DNA from: Bacteroidales bacterium
Lineage (GTDB): Bacteria; Bacteroidota; Bacteroidia; Bacteroidales; FEN-979
Reading direction: 5' to 3'
Assembly (NCBI GenBank): GCA_030681475.1
Contig: JAUXWT010000061.1
Location: forward strand, 6,610 to 70,609
Length of the DNA stretch: 64,000 nucleotides
Shown here piece by piece: positions 8,444-16,925 of the stretch. Position 1 is the first letter of the stretch. Every line of letters begins with the position of its first letter. The position numbers and the translations under genes are program-made. The notes beneath the pieces are model-generated. The model ran no database searches and was not told the DNA's origin. It saw only the letters and a program-made list of their open reading frames with translations.

Positions 8444-11400
8444 TTGTATCTCAACTGCCACTCATACTACTCACTCCGCTATGGGACCATCTCCGTGGAG
8501 AGCCTGGTGGATGACGCAGTAAGGACGACCCGCCGGGTCGCCCCGACAGATATCGCCCCGTCACATGTCGCCCTCACCGACATCAACAACACCACCGGAA
8601 TCATGGAATTCGTGGCTGTATGCAAAGAGAAGGGGATCAAACCCATCGCCGGGATCGAATTCCGTCGCGAAGACAAACTGCTTTACATAGGCCTGGCGAA
8701 AAATAACAAAGGTTTTCGGGAACTGAACGAATTTCTGAGCTATCATAACCTGAACAATCAGCCGCTGCCCGATCACCCGCCTGAGTTTCAGGAGGTCGTT
8801 GTTATTTACCCGTTTCGAAATAGTGAAATGGTGAAATGGCGAAATGGCGAAAATCGTCACGCGTCACGCGTCATGCGTCATGATTTCATAGGAATTCGCC
8901 CTTCAGAACTCAACCCGCTGATACTTTCCCGTCACCGCGACCTCATACCCCGGATGGTACTTATGGCGCCAGTTACTTTCAGGAATGAGAAGGAGTATGA
9001 ACTGCACCGTAACTTCAGGGCAGTTGACCACAACGTGCTGCTGAGCCGGCTGGAACCTCATCAGGTCGCGGCTCCCGATGAGGTCATGCTGCCTGTAGAC
9101 GAACTGCTGGATATCTGCAGCGATTTTCCCGAAATCATCCGCAATACTCAACAACTCATGGAAGCATGTTCCATCGATTTCGATTTCAAGGCCTGCAAAA
9201 ACAAAAAAACCTTTACCGGAAACCGTTACGATGATCTTATATTACTAGATAAACTGGCCATGGACGGGCTCCAATATCGCTACGGTAAAGGTCATGGTGA
9301 GGCCAGGCGCCGTATCCGCCACGAGTTGGATATTATCGACAAAATGGGATTTGCCGCCTATTTCCTCATCACCTGGGACATTATCCGCTATTCAATGTCA
9401 CGCGGCTTTTACCATGTGGGGCGAGGGAGCGGCGCCAACAGCATTGTGGCTTACTGCCTGCGCATTACCGATGTGGATCCGATTGAACTCGATCTCTACT
9501 TTGAGCGGTTTATCAATCCAAAACGCACCTCGCCACCGGATTTCGACATAGATTACTCCTGGAAGGAACGGGATGAGGTGCTCGACTATATATTTAAAAG
9601 GTACGGACATGAACACACCGCCTTACTCGGCGCTATGTCAACCTTTAAAGATAAGTCGATCTACCGTGAACTGGGCAAGGTCCACGGGCTGCCAAAAGGG
9701 GAGATCGATGCCTTTTTGAAGCATCCCGAGGAGGCCATCCACAAGAATCACATCATCCGGAAAATCAATGAACTCGGGGTGATGATGGCCGACTTCCCCA
9801 ACATCCGCAGTATCCATGCGGGCGGGGTGCTGATCTCAGAGGAACCGATTACCTGCTATACCGCGCTTGACTTGCCCCCAAAAGGCTTTCCAACCACACA
9901 GTTTGACATGTACATTGCGGAAGATATCAGTTTTGAGAAACTTGACATCCTGAGTCAAAGGGGTATCGGCCATATTTACGAAGCCGCGGAACTCGTGAAA
10001 AAAAACCGGGGTATCAGTGTTGATGTCCACATGGTGCATGCTTTCAAAGAAGATGAAAAGGTAAAAGAGCAATTGCGCAATGCCCGTACGATCGGTTGCT
10101 TCTATGTGGAAAGCCCTGCCATGCGCGGATTGTTGAAAAAACTGCACTGCGATAACTACCGTACATTGGTGGCTGCCAGCTCGATCATCCGCCCGGGGGT
10201 GGCGCGTTCGGGTATGATGAAGGAGTATATCTTCCGTTTTCATCATCCCGGCAAGTTCAAATATCTGCACCCGGTAATGGAGGAACAACTGAAGGAGACT
10301 TTCGGCGTGATGGTCTATCAGGAGGATGTGCTGAAGATCTGCCACCATTTTGCCGGTCTCGACCTGGCTGATGCCGACGTGATCCGACGGGCCATGAGCG
10401 GGAAATACCGTTCGAAAAAGGAGTTAGAGCGGATCATCGAAAAATTCTTCGAGAATTGCCGGAAGTCCGGTTATCCCGAAGAGGTCACCAAAGAAGTATG
10501 GCGGCAGATCGAGTCGTTTGCCGGATACTCCTTTTCAAAAGCCCATTCAGCCTCCTATGCCGTTGAGAGCTACCAGAGTCTTTACCTCAAGGCGCATTAT
10601 CCGTTGGAATTCATCACCGGGGTGATCAATAACTTCGGTGGTTTCTACTCATCCTGGGTCTATTTCAATGAAGCCAGAATATCAGGGGCGAACCTGCATG
10701 TGCCCTGCGTCAACCGGAGCGAATACAAAACCTGCATACGGGGAAAAGATATTTTTCTCGGTTTCATTCACGTGGCGAATCTTGAGACAGGAGTGGCGAA
10801 AGCAATTTACGATTTACGAATGACGATTGACGACTTCCGGAAAACTTCTCCGGACTGCCAGCCGGAGACTGCAGACTGGCAACTGCAAACTGCCAACTGC
10901 GGACTGCCAACTGCAAACAGCAAACTTATTGAAAAACCTTACACCAGCCTTGAGAATTTCATTCAGCGGGTTCCGGTTACGCTTGATCAGTTGATCATAT
11001 TGATCAGGGTTGGTGCGTTTCGTTTCACAGGAAAGCCAAAAGCCTCGCTGCTATGGGAGGCGCACATGCTGATGGGGAAAAATCAAACGCCGGCTAAAAA
11101 TCGCGAAATCGATCAATCGTCAATTCAATCGTCAATCGTCAATCGTCCAATCGTAAATCCGGTACTCTTTCAAACCGCGGTGAAGAAATTTGAACTTCCT
11201 GCGCTCGAGCAGAACACCATTGCCAATGTTTACGATGAGATAGAACTGCTTGGGTTTCCGGTTACCTCAACCTATTTTGATCTGCTGCACACGAAATTCA
11301 GGGGCGACATTCTCGCGCACGAAATGTCGCTCAATGCCGGAAGAACCATTCGCATGCTGGGATTGCTGGTTACCATCAAATATGTTCGCACTGTCAAAAG

Positions 11401-11605
11401 GGAATGGATGCATTTCGGCACCTTCATCGATGTCAACGGGCATTTTTTTGACACCGTTCACTTCCCGAAAGCAGTCACGGAGTACCCATTTCGGGGCGAT
11501 GGCGTCTATCTTGTGAAAGGAAAGATCGTGGAGGAGTTTGGTTTTCCCAGCATGAATGTGGAAAAGATGGCGAAGATGCCGCTGCAGGGCGATCCGCGGG
11601 GATAA
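8444..11605 (+). CDS. dnaE2: Error-prone DNA polymerase III alpha subunit homolog (DnaE2-like), TTG start, with several in-frame low-complexity inserts
   Basis: PHP domain (CHSYYS, ALTDINN), GRGSGANS, catalytic PPDFDID, SIHAGGV, FAGYSFSKAHS, C-terminal OB fold. Shares an upstream motif with dinB. Confidence 0.88.
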   Translation: MYLNCHSYYSLRYGTISVESLVDDAVRTTRRVAPTDIAPSHVALTDINNTTGIMEFVAVCKEKGIKPIAGIEFRREDKLLYIGLAKNNKGFRELNEFLSYHNLNNQPLPDHPPEFQEVVVIYPFRNSEMVKWRNGENRHASRVMRHDFIGIRPSELNPLILSRHRDLIPRMVLMAPVTFRNEKEYELHRNFRAVDHNVLLSRLEPHQVAAPDEVMLPVDELLDICSDFPEIIRNTQQLMEACSIDFDFKACKNKKTFTGNRYDDLILLDKLAMDGLQYRYGKGHGEARRRIRHELDIIDKMGFAAYFLITWDIIRYSMSRGFYHVGRGSGANSIVAYCLRITDVDPIELDLYFERFINPKRTSPPDFDIDYSWKERDEVLDYIFKRYGHEHTALLGAMSTFKDKSIYRELGKVHGLPKGEIDAFLKHPEEAIHKNHIIRKINELGVMMADFPNIRSIHAGGVLISEEPITCYTALDLPPKGFPTTQFDMYIAEDISFEKLDILSQRGIGHIYEAAELVKKNRGISVDVHMVHAFKEDEKVKEQLRNARTIGCFYVESPAMRGLLKKLHCDNYRTLVAASSIIRPGVARSGMMKEYIFRFHHPGKFKYLHPVMEEQLKETFGVMVYQEDVLKICHHFAGLDLADADVIRRAMSGKYRSKKELERIIEKFFENCRKSGYPEEVTKEVWRQIESFAGYSFSKAHSASYAVESYQSLYLKAHYPLEFITGVINNFGGFYSSWVYFNEARISGANLHVPCVNRSEYKTCIRGKDIFLGFIHVANLETGVAKAIYDLRMTIDDFRKTSPDCQPETADWQLQTANCGLPTANSKLIEKPYTSLENFIQRVPVTLDQLIILIRVGAFRFTGKPKASLLWEAHMLMGKNQTPAKNREIDQSSIQSSIVNRPIVNPVLFQTAVKKFELPALEQNTIANVYDEIELLGFPVTSTYFDLLHTKFRGDILAHEMSLNAGRTIRMLGLLVTIKYVRTVKREWMHFGTFIDVNGHFFDTVHFPKAVTEYPFRGDGVYLVKGKIVEEFGFPSMNVEKMAKMPLQGDPRG
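8519..8548 (+). repeat. REP-like hairpin in frame inside dnaE2
   Basis: GTAAGGACGACCCGCCGGGTCGCCCCGACA (stem CGACCC/GGGTCG) resembles GTAG-type REPs and encodes VRTTRRVAPT. Confidence 0.6.
8817..8882 (+). repeat. In-frame 8-bp (GAAATRGY)x4.5 plus 7-bp (CGTCAYG)x4 tracts inside dnaE2
   Basis: gaaatagt gaaatggt gaaatggc gaaatggc gaaa at cgtcacg cgtcacg cgtcatg cgtcatg. Confidence 0.9.
10805..10925 (+). repeat. In-frame 7-bp tracts (AWTKACG)x4 and (ACTGCNR-like)x8 inside dnaE2
   Basis: atttacg atttacg aatgacg attgacg ... actgcag actggca actgcaa actgcca actgcgg actgcca actgcaa acagcaa. Confidence 0.9.
11098..11159 (+). repeat. In-frame 7-bp tract (AATCGTC)n inside dnaE2, reverse complement of 10805-10833
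   Basis: aatcgatc aatcgtc aattc aatcgtc aatcgtc aatcgtcc aatcgta aatc. Confidence 0.88.
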
Positions 11606-11608
11606 ATT

Positions 11609-11641
11609 AAACCTTCCAGGTTTTCAAAACCTGGAAGGTTT
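11609..11641. repeat. Perfect 16-bp-arm palindrome between convergent genes (REP-like element or bidirectional terminator)
   Basis: AAACCTTCCAGGTTTT-C-AAAACCTGGAAGGTTT. Confidence 0.8.
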
Positions 11642-11648
11642 TGGAGGA

Positions 11649-12785
11649 TTAATTGATCGCAAACGGATGCGACGTAACTACGTCAATGTTTCGGCGGATA
11701 AGTTTATGGATATTCTTAAGGTATGGTTTTTCATCCGTTGAACAAAAAGACCATGCGGCACCGGCCTCACCGGCCCTGCCTGTCCTGCCGATTCGGTGAA
11801 CATAGGTCTCCGCCTGTTCAGGGATCTCATAGTTGATCACATGACTGAGTTTGTCCACATCAATTCCACGCGAAGCAACATCAGTAGCGACCAAAACGCG
11901 GATACTGCGGGTCTTAAAATCTCTCAGGGCTTTATCCCTGGCGCTCTGTGACTTGTTGCCATGAATGGCCAGCGCCTTGATACCGCTTCGTGTCAGATTT
12001 TTTACCACCTTATCAGCGCCGTGCTTCGTACGTGTGAATATCAGCACGTTTTGAACAGCTTCATTTTGCAGAATATGTGCCAGGAGTAATTTTTTATTCT
12101 CCTTGTTAACATGAAATACAGATTGTGCGACCAGGATTGGCGGCATCGTATCAGGAGACAGGTTAACCTGAACCGGATTGTGAAGGAGGGATGCGGCCAG
12201 TTTTCTGATCTCCACCGGGGCGGTAGCCGAAAACAGCAATGTTTGGCGTTTCGCAGGCAGTTTTGCGGTGATTTTTCTAATATCATTGATAAACCCCATG
12301 TCAAGCATGCGGTCAGCTTCGTCCAGTACTAAGTATTCTACTTTGTCAAGATGGACATATCCCTGGTTCATCAGGTCGAGCAACCTGCCAGGCGCCGCAA
12401 CGATGATATCGACACCTCTTTGTAGTGTCTGGGTTTGTGCCTTTTGTGAAATGCCGCCATAGATGGTGACAAGGCGAATGTCAAGTCCGGCGCCGTAAGC
12501 CTTGAATTCTTCACTGATCTGTGCGACCAGTTCACGGGTAGGGGCAAGGATCAAAGCCCTGACTGCCCTGCGTTGATTGCGGTCTTTTTCAGTTTCCAGC
12601 AATTGCAGTATGGGAAGCGCGAAGGCCGCGGTTTTGCCGGTGCCTGTTTGGGCGCAACCGAATATATCTTTCCCCTGGAGGATCATCGGAACAGCTTTTT
12701 CCTGGATTGGTGTAGGGTTCAGGTACCCTTTCTTTTTTACAGCGCTTAATAAGGGCTGGATAAGGTTAAGATTTTCAAAATTCAT
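11649..12785 (-). CDS. DEAD-box RNA helicase (RhlE-like, short)
   Basis: AQTGTGKT, PTRELV, PGRLLD, LDEAD, SAT, YVHRIGRTGRAG. Confidence 0.93.
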   Translation of the reverse strand: MNFENLNLIQPLLSAVKKKGYLNPTPIQEKAVPMILQGKDIFGCAQTGTGKTAAFALPILQLLETEKDRNQRRAVRALILAPTRELVAQISEEFKAYGAGLDIRLVTIYGGISQKAQTQTLQRGVDIIVAAPGRLLDLMNQGYVHLDKVEYLVLDEADRMLDMGFINDIRKITAKLPAKRQTLLFSATAPVEIRKLAASLLHNPVQVNLSPDTMPPILVAQSVFHVNKENKKLLLAHILQNEAVQNVLIFTRTKHGADKVVKNLTRSGIKALAIHGNKSQSARDKALRDFKTRSIRVLVATDVASRGIDVDKLSHVINYEIPEQAETYVHRIGRTGRAGEAGAAWSFCSTDEKPYLKNIHKLIRRNIDVVTSHPFAIN

Positions 12786-12941
12786 TAATAGTAATATAAG
12801 GTATATAATTGATTGTTCCCGGTTATAAAACTGTTGTAACAGCTTTATAAGGGTGTTTCTTTAAAAAAATGTACGTTGGGCTGAATGGTAAAACAGGAAG
12901 GATTACAGTCAGATTGATATACAATCTTTCAAACGAGGGTG

Positions 12942-12949
12942 CAAAGATA
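12942..12949 (-). promoter_or_regulatory. -7 promoter element of the helicase gene, implying a 5' UTR of about 150 nt
   Basis: TATCTTTG(CAC) on the minus strand. Confidence 0.55.
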
Positions 12950-13005
12950 CGAATAGATATCTTACGAAAAACATTTAGTCGAAAAATATCCCCCGCCTCT
13001 TGCGA

Positions 13006-14010
13006 TTATGCTTTCTTCCCAACCATCAACTGGTTTCCCGATGCGGTAATTTTTACTTGAATACCTGTCAACCCGGCATCCTCCATCCAAGACCTGAGTT
13101 CTGCCTCCGTGTATGTATCCCCGTGAAAGGTTCCGACCAGCATGTTCAGGGCAAAGAAAGCTCCCACTGCGGGTTCTGTGCGGTCATCATTCATGATGTG
13201 GTCCAGCACTACCAGTTGTCCGCCGGAGTTCAGGGCTTCAGCGCCATTGCGGATGAGTAACTGGTTCTCTTCCGGTGAGTTGATGTGCACGATTGCCGAC
13301 ATCAAGACAAGGTCATATCCAACACCAAGATCATCGGTGAGGTAGTTTCCGGTAACAGTGTCAACCTGATCTGATAATCCTGACAATTGAATATATTTTC
13401 TGGTCAGAGGTATTATGTTCGGCAGGTCAAAAATGGTGGCTTTAACAGACTGATTTCTACGGATAATTGCAAAGGCAAAGGCGCCGGATCCACCGCCAAC
13501 ATCGAGGATGCTCCGTGCTTTTTCAAGGTCAAGAACCTCTGCAGCCTCTTTTGCCTGAACTCCTGCACGTGCATGCATGGCTGCGATGAAAGATTCCTGC
13601 CATTCCGGTGTGCGTTCATTGATGGGCGATTCCATCGCGATCGTGGTTCCTTTAATAACAGCCTCGGACAGGGTACTCCAGGTTTTCCACGTTTGATTTG
13701 ATAAGGAGAGGCCGCCAAGGTATTCAGCAGAACCCTTTACAAGGAAGTTATTGCTGAAAGCGGTGTTTTGAAAAACGCCTTTATGTTTATCCAAAAGTCC
13801 AAGGGCAACCAACGCATTTAACAATCGGTCTGTTGCCCGGTGATCCGCACCCAGCCGATCTGCGACGAATGACGAAGAATTACCATGGCCATGCAATTGG
13901 TTAAAAACGCCTAACTCGTCTGCTGTCAGGATGATACGACTATTCCGAAAAGCGTTTACTTTCTCAAGCAGGTGAGCCGGATTCGTAATTTCAGGATTTT
14001 TCACAGGCAA
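13006..14010 (-). CDS. SAM-dependent O-methyltransferase with dimerisation domain
   Basis: N-terminal winged-helix dimerisation region, ILDVGGGSG, FDLP, YDLVLMSAIVH. Confidence 0.88.
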   Translation of the reverse strand: MPVKNPEITNPAHLLEKVNAFRNSRIILTADELGVFNQLHGHGNSSSFVADRLGADHRATDRLLNALVALGLLDKHKGVFQNTAFSNNFLVKGSAEYLGGLSLSNQTWKTWSTLSEAVIKGTTIAMESPINERTPEWQESFIAAMHARAGVQAKEAAEVLDLEKARSILDVGGGSGAFAFAIIRRNQSVKATIFDLPNIIPLTRKYIQLSGLSDQVDTVTGNYLTDDLGVGYDLVLMSAIVHINSPEENQLLIRNGAEALNSGGQLVVLDHIMNDDRTEPAVGAFFALNMLVGTFHGDTYTEAELRSWMEDAGLTGIQVKITASGNQLMVGKKA

Positions 14011-14016
14011 TGTGTA

Positions 14017-15678
14017 TTATTTCGACAAACCAAGTACCTCAGTTCCCTGCTCGTAAACAATGTCGATCGGAATATTCGCTGTTTTAAGCCGGTCAAGGTC
14101 AAACTGAAGGTTTTCCCTGATATTGCCATTTGCCTGAAGGTACGCCGAAGCGCCATCATAATCGCCGTCTCCTTCGAATTTAAGTACCTGGGCAGCCCAT
14201 TTATTCATGGCATCACGGGTTTTCTCAAAATTGACCTTATAGGTTCCATCTGTGCCACGTTCAAAAGCCCCGTTATCGGCAAAATAGTTGAAGCACATCA
14301 TATTCGCCTTCCCATGGGCGCTGGCTGCTCCGAAACGAACCGAACGGAAAAGTCCGGCCATGTAGGTCACAAAACAATCTTCGGCAGTGATATCCGTTAC
14401 TTCACCTTGTGCAATAAGCTGGGTGGTCATATAAAGTCCAAGGATATCTGCCTTCGCTTCTTCAAAAGAGGAATACTTTTCCTTTAAGGCTTCTCTTACA
14501 GTGCCTTTGCCTGTGATGGTCTTTTTGATACCCAATCCGTGAGCAACCTCATGAAACATGACATTTGAGAAAAATGCATCGAACCTGATGTTTCCACGCT
14601 GACCGGAATCGATCAGCACATTGGCAATTGGCAGGAGGATGTGGTCGAATTTTGCACGCATGGCGTTTTTCAGTTGTAACCGGCGTGACCCTTTAGCCAA
14701 TTGAACCTTCTCATCATTCGGGAGATTTATGGCAATGGTTTTGCTGACCTTGTTGGCATGTCCGGACACAAAAACCACGTCATACGCATTCAGGTCTGAA
14801 TCGGTACCGGGTTTCTCCGTCTTATATTTGGCGTCAACCGGGAGGTTTTTTTGCAGGGCAGGAAGAAAAGCGGCAAACTTGGCAAGTTTTTTACTCCAAT
14901 CCTGGTCCTTTACCAACACAACTCCTTCATAGGCAGTCTTATATCCGAATAGTTCATCTTCATAGTTTTCGATCGGACCGATAACAAAATCGATCGTATT
15001 GTTTTTCATATTCATCCAGGCCATGTCGCTGTCAAAATAATTATCATTGAGAAACGCCTTTGCCCGCAATTCAAGATATTTCTTCAATCCGGGGTCTTCA
15101 GCCAGTTCGGCAGCCTTGCTTAATAATTCTGCTGCCCGGCCGGTTTGATCGCTGAATGCCTCATGATACCAGACAGATTTCAGCGTATTGTCCTCGTTTC
15201 GCTGAATTAATGTGTATTGGCTCGTCTTGTTTGGGTCATTCCATTTTTTAAACTCATCTTTTGTCATGTCAGCAGGATAAAACCTTGCGCCCGGTGGTTT
15301 TTCGCCAAATCCGGGAATGAATGGCTTGTTACCATTCAATCGTTCCCAGGGGCCATAATTTATTTCGGCAAATTGCTTCATAAGCGGATTTTGTATCGTG
15401 TCAAGAAAAGCTGTTTTGTCACCGATCGTCTGTTCCCAATAGAGACCGTCAATGAGGTCTGCTGCTTCGATGAGGATAGGGATCATCTGTTTTTCCTTTT
15501 CAGTGAGTTTCGAAAGGTCGGTTGTGAGTCGCACCGAAACATATTCGTTTATTTTACCCATTAGAATTGAATCCTCAGAATCTGCGGTTGATGTCTGATT
15601 TCCGGATTGATAATTGCAACCTGCAAACATGAATAAAGATGTGGCAATAACCAGCATCACAATCAATTTTTTTACCAT
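14017..15678 (-). CDS. Peptidase M49 (dipeptidyl peptidase III-like) lipoprotein
   Basis: Lipobox FAGC, GPIENYED, AINLPND, HEVAH and EEAKAD zinc ligands. Start placed at MVKKL (15678). Confidence 0.85.
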   Translation of the reverse strand: MVKKLIVMLVIATSLFMFAGCNYQSGNQTSTADSEDSILMGKINEYVSVRLTTDLSKLTEKEKQMIPILIEAADLIDGLYWEQTIGDKTAFLDTIQNPLMKQFAEINYGPWERLNGNKPFIPGFGEKPPGARFYPADMTKDEFKKWNDPNKTSQYTLIQRNEDNTLKSVWYHEAFSDQTGRAAELLSKAAELAEDPGLKKYLELRAKAFLNDNYFDSDMAWMNMKNNTIDFVIGPIENYEDELFGYKTAYEGVVLVKDQDWSKKLAKFAAFLPALQKNLPVDAKYKTEKPGTDSDLNAYDVVFVSGHANKVSKTIAINLPNDEKVQLAKGSRRLQLKNAMRAKFDHILLPIANVLIDSGQRGNIRFDAFFSNVMFHEVAHGLGIKKTITGKGTVREALKEKYSSFEEAKADILGLYMTTQLIAQGEVTDITAEDCFVTYMAGLFRSVRFGAASAHGKANMMCFNYFADNGAFERGTDGTYKVNFEKTRDAMNKWAAQVLKFEGDGDYDGASAYLQANGNIRENLQFDLDRLKTANIPIDIVYEQGTEVLGLSK

Positions 15679-15812
15679 GATTTTAAAATTTTGGATGTTT
15701 AGCAAAAGTAAAAAAAATAGAATTGTGTTTATAAACTTAAACACATTTGATTTGCACCGGAAATATTCCTAAGTTTGTTAAAATTTTTACTAAACCTTAA
15801 ATCAAAATCGCC

Positions 15813-16700
15813 ATGAACAATGTTATTATTCTGATCATCGCCGGAGCAGTCATTTTTCTTTTCTTTTCAGGTATCCGGATCGTTCGTCCGACCCATCGTG
15901 GATTAATAGAACGTTTCGGGAAATACAATCGCTTTGCAAATCCTGGTTTTCACTGGATCATTCCTATGATTGATTTAATGTACCAGGTGAATATAACAGA
16001 GAAAATGATCGATGCCGAACCGCAGGAGATCATTACAAACGACAACCTGAACGCAAAGGTTGATGCCCAGGTCTATTTCAAGATAAAAGACGACGAAGCA
16101 AGTGTGAAGAATTCACAGTACAATGTCAATAAAATTGAATATCAGATTGTGAACCTCGCCCGTACAACCTTGCGTAACATTATCGGAACGATGACTTTAA
16201 AATCTGCAAACAGTGAACGTGGAAAAATCAATAAGGAACTTCACGGAACCCTGCTTGATGAGACCAGGAGTTGGGGAATCATGATCATTCGTACCGAATT
16301 AAAGGAGATTGACCCTCCGAAGGATGTTCAGGAAACCATGAACAAAATCGTAAAGGCTGAAAATGAAAAAATTGCGGCTGTTGATTACGCTACTGCTGCA
16401 GAAACCAAGGCCGACGGAGAAAAACGTGCTGAAATCAGGCGTGCCGAGGGAGTGAAACAAGGCCAGATACTCAGGGCAGAAGGCGAAGCCCAGGCAATTG
16501 CCCTGGTCAACGAGGCAGCCGAAAAATACTTCATCGGCAATGCACAGATATTGCGTAAGATCCAGGCTTTGGAAACCTCCCTGAAAGACAATTCCAAAAT
16601 CGTGGTTCCGGCCGGTTCCGACCTGGTAAATGTGTTGGGCGATATGGCAGGTATCATCCCAATAAGAGAAAAACCTGATACAACCTATGCACCGGTTTAA
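15813..16700 (+). CDS. SPFH/band-7 (stomatin-like) membrane protein
   Basis: N-terminal TM, IERFGKY..PGFHWIIP, TTLRNIIG, AE-rich coiled coil. Confidence 0.9.
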   Translation: MNNVIILIIAGAVIFLFFSGIRIVRPTHRGLIERFGKYNRFANPGFHWIIPMIDLMYQVNITEKMIDAEPQEIITNDNLNAKVDAQVYFKIKDDEASVKNSQYNVNKIEYQIVNLARTTLRNIIGTMTLKSANSERGKINKELHGTLLDETRSWGIMIIRTELKEIDPPKDVQETMNKIVKAENEKIAAVDYATAAETKADGEKRAEIRRAEGVKQGQILRAEGEAQAIALVNEAAEKYFIGNAQILRKIQALETSLKDNSKIVVPAGSDLVNVLGDMAGIIPIREKPDTTYAPV

Positions 16701-16925
16701 CAAGGAATCGAGGTAACTTTTCCTATTTCCTCCTATTCATGCTTTCTCCGCCTGATACGCAATCGGATTTCATTGGTAGAAAATATCCAAATAATTTAAT
16801 TATTTTCGGATGTGTATATCAGTTGTTAAATATTCCTTATCTTTGGTCTAAATGTTTTTTGAACTGACAAACAAGTCCTCTTTATTTTGTTCATCATATC
16901 TATTGATACAGTTTATTTGAAAATT

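Noticed and set aside
8444-11605. Intein or pseudogene in dnaE2
   Set aside because: The inserts are short, lack intein terminal motifs, and preserve the reading frame and catalytic residues.
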